Assembly (NCBI GenBank): GCA_964016885.1
Contig: OZ024753.1
Location: 14,260,001-14,324,000 of the forward strand
DNA: 64,000 bases
Direction: 5' to 3'
Origin: Eledone cirrhosa
Taxonomy: Eukaryota
The notes beneath the pieces are model-generated. The model did not search any database and had not been told where the DNA came from. It saw only the letters and a program-made list of their open reading frames with translations. Below, one piece after another: positions 61,740 to 64,000 of the stretch. How positions within the stretch are numbered: the first letter of the stretch is position 1; each line of letters starts with the position of its first letter. Made by a program: the position numbers and the translations under genes.

Positions 61740-62495
61740 CTGGGAGATCAGTAGCCACAGCGTCAATACTCACCAATAGGCTTATCCATGGCGCCCAGGA
61801 CCCTCACTCCCGAGGCCTCTTTTTTTCGGCTAGCCTGACCGCTCTCATGAAGAAAGAGGGTGGCATACGCCCCATCGCTGTGGGCAATGTCTTCCGGAGG
61901 CTGGCTGCCAAGGTGGTCTGCAGGTCCATAACACCTGAACTGGGTCAGGAGTTCAGTCCGGTGCAACTGGGTGTCGGCATGTCCGGTGGCCGCACATGCA
62001 ACCAGGCAGTTCTTCAACAGCTGTCCACCGGAAGTGGCATCCAGGGACTCCAGGCACCTCATTGTCAAGCTTGACATGAGGAATGCTTTTAACTGCATAC
62101 GCTGGGACCATCTGCTCGATGCCTGCCTCAGCCGAGCCCCTCTGCCTACCTGTCGTATGGATCCCCGAGCATGCTCCTTGCTGCTGATACGGTCATACCT
62201 TCGGCCACTGGGTGACCCTTTGGGCCCCCTCCTGTTTGCCCTTGGTATAGACCACATTGCCAGAAGTATCACGGCCCCTCTCAACGTTTGGTATCTGGAT
62301 GATGCTACGATGGGCGGGCCCGTAGAGACTGTCTGCCATGACCTACAGTTGGTGGTTCCTGCCCTAGCGGGAATCAGCCTCCAGGTCAACTCGTGCAACT
62401 CGGAGATGGTGAATGTCAGCCACGATGCTGAGAGCTTTTCAACCTCCGTCTCGGGCGTGCGGTCCATTCTCCACCAGGTACAGGTGGCAGTGTGC
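61740..62495 (+). mobile_element. CRE-like non-LTR reverse transcriptase, frameshifted
   Basis: L.ALMKKEGGIRPIAVGNVFRRL, QLGVG, KLDMRNAFN, GDPLGPLLF, WYLDD. Confidence 0.88.
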
Positions 62496-64000
62496 AAGGG
62501 TTACATGAAATCCCTAAACCGGTGTCACAATTTTACACTATTATTCTCAAAACAATGTCAGATATAATTATTTATCTTCTATCGCTGCACATTCCATATT
62601 TATAATTAAATAAATAGATTAAGGTTTTAATACTTTCAATATATAGGATCTCCTACGGGCAGTTAAACATCGCCTGTCTCTCTTACTCCAGATAATGGAA
62701 CAGGGGACTTTGTTAAAGGCTGTCTCTGGAATAAATCTGCTGTATACTTCTTTCTGTGTGTTAGCAGCCAACACACTCAAGTGTAAAAGAAAAAAACTTT
62801 ATTTCATGTTGTTCCAGTACCCTCAGTAGTTAGGGAGTAAATCCTGTGATAACAACAAGGAAACCCAATGATAAACTTAGAACAAACTTTATATATATAT
62901 ACTAATTTTTCAATTTACAGAAACATGTATATTAACTTACATATTAATTGTTGGGCATATATCTACTAAATACTAGTAGTTTTTAAATTAATTTATATAT
63001 AGAAACGGAATGAGAGTAAGGTAACACACGGAATATATTTTGAGGCGTGTTATCTAGCTTTCTTTCCGTGTTATTTTGTTTCTTGTAAATAATGTTTTCA
63101 AAATATCAATTCAAAACTTTTGTGAATAGGCATCATATCTTGTCATTTAGCTATGGTTTAATTTTGATATAAATAGTGGGTTCAACCCATTATACAACTA
63201 GATATATTAAAATTATATTTATTTATATATATTATAGTTATATACCTGTTATATACATTATATTTATTTAATTAATAAATATGTATGTATATAAAATGTA
63301 TATATATTTAATAAAATATATGTGTATAAACACATATTTTAAAAATACATAGTATATATGTATGTATTAATATATATAGTAATTATTTATTATTAATATA
63401 AATATAAATATATATAAAATGGGAAGTATACAATCTAAAAAGAATCGAACTCACGATCGTGAAGTCGCAATGGCTTTACATACTTTGCGCACTGATATCT
63501 ACTTTTTTGCGCATGTGCAATTTGCAAAAACAAAATGGCCGCTAGAGCAATTTCTTTTTTTTCTAACCCGAATGAAAAACGTTAAAAACTTGGATTTTAC
63601 TATTTATAAGGAGGTAAAGTAAAGTTTTATTTTATGTTGAACAGTTTTATGTTTATTTCCTTCCATAAACGTCAGCAATAATTATTGAAACGATAGTTTT
63701 GTTCTACTACTACAACATCTCCACGTAGTGTTGTATTTCAACGGTGCTCATTGTTACATGGTAGATTGATCATGCTACATTATCTTATGCCAGAAGGTTA
63801 CGTTTCCAAAGCAATCCAGGTTAAAGACAGGGGAACAGACAGATATGATGTTGTCATTGCTTATGTCTGTTCCACTTTACATGTGTGTGCAGTTGAATGT
63901 CAATCTGCCACTCCTAGTAAGCAGTTAGAACCATACCTACATGGCACACCAAAACCACCCTCCTCCATAGTTGGTCAATTACAGTTGAGAGGGTGATTGA

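Noticed and set aside
63751-63996. 81-aa ORF at the window end
   Set aside because: No recognisable motif, non-ATG start, and phase does not match the 63613 donor.

Overview
AT-rich, repeat-dense animal genomic DNA. The SINE/LINE/MITE and microsatellite landscape suggests an octopod cephalopod (inferred, not proven). I reconstructed two convergent spliced genes by hand, with GT-AG sites and consistent intron phases. (1) The last 12 coding exons (489 aa; 121-34237, +) of a neurochondrin homologue (NCDN); its 5' part lies upstream of the window. (2) A probably complete 8-coding-exon LRRC23 homologue (about 318 aa; 55354-39836, -) with a candidate RFX X-box upstream. Most long ORFs in the supplied track are translated satellites. 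Introns hold RTE LINE, Penelope-like (GIY-YIG), CRE-like, Helitron, hAT, mariner and piggyBac-like remnants and two tRNA-derived SINE families. The most unusual pattern is tandem arrays seeded on splice junctions: about 36 copies of an NCDN exon end plus donor (each a YYYYCAG|GT recursive-splice-like site); 17 in-frame copies of an LRRC23 acceptor; a 3.1-kb LRRC23 intron made entirely of a 39-mer; and two opposite-orientation 27-mer arrays bracketing four NCDN exons (back-splicing/dsRNA geometry). Six Penelope-type minimal hammerhead ribozyme motifs were also found, four in the sense orientation of the host pre-mRNA. Copy counts are by eye, and protein identities come from remembered family motifs, not from a search.
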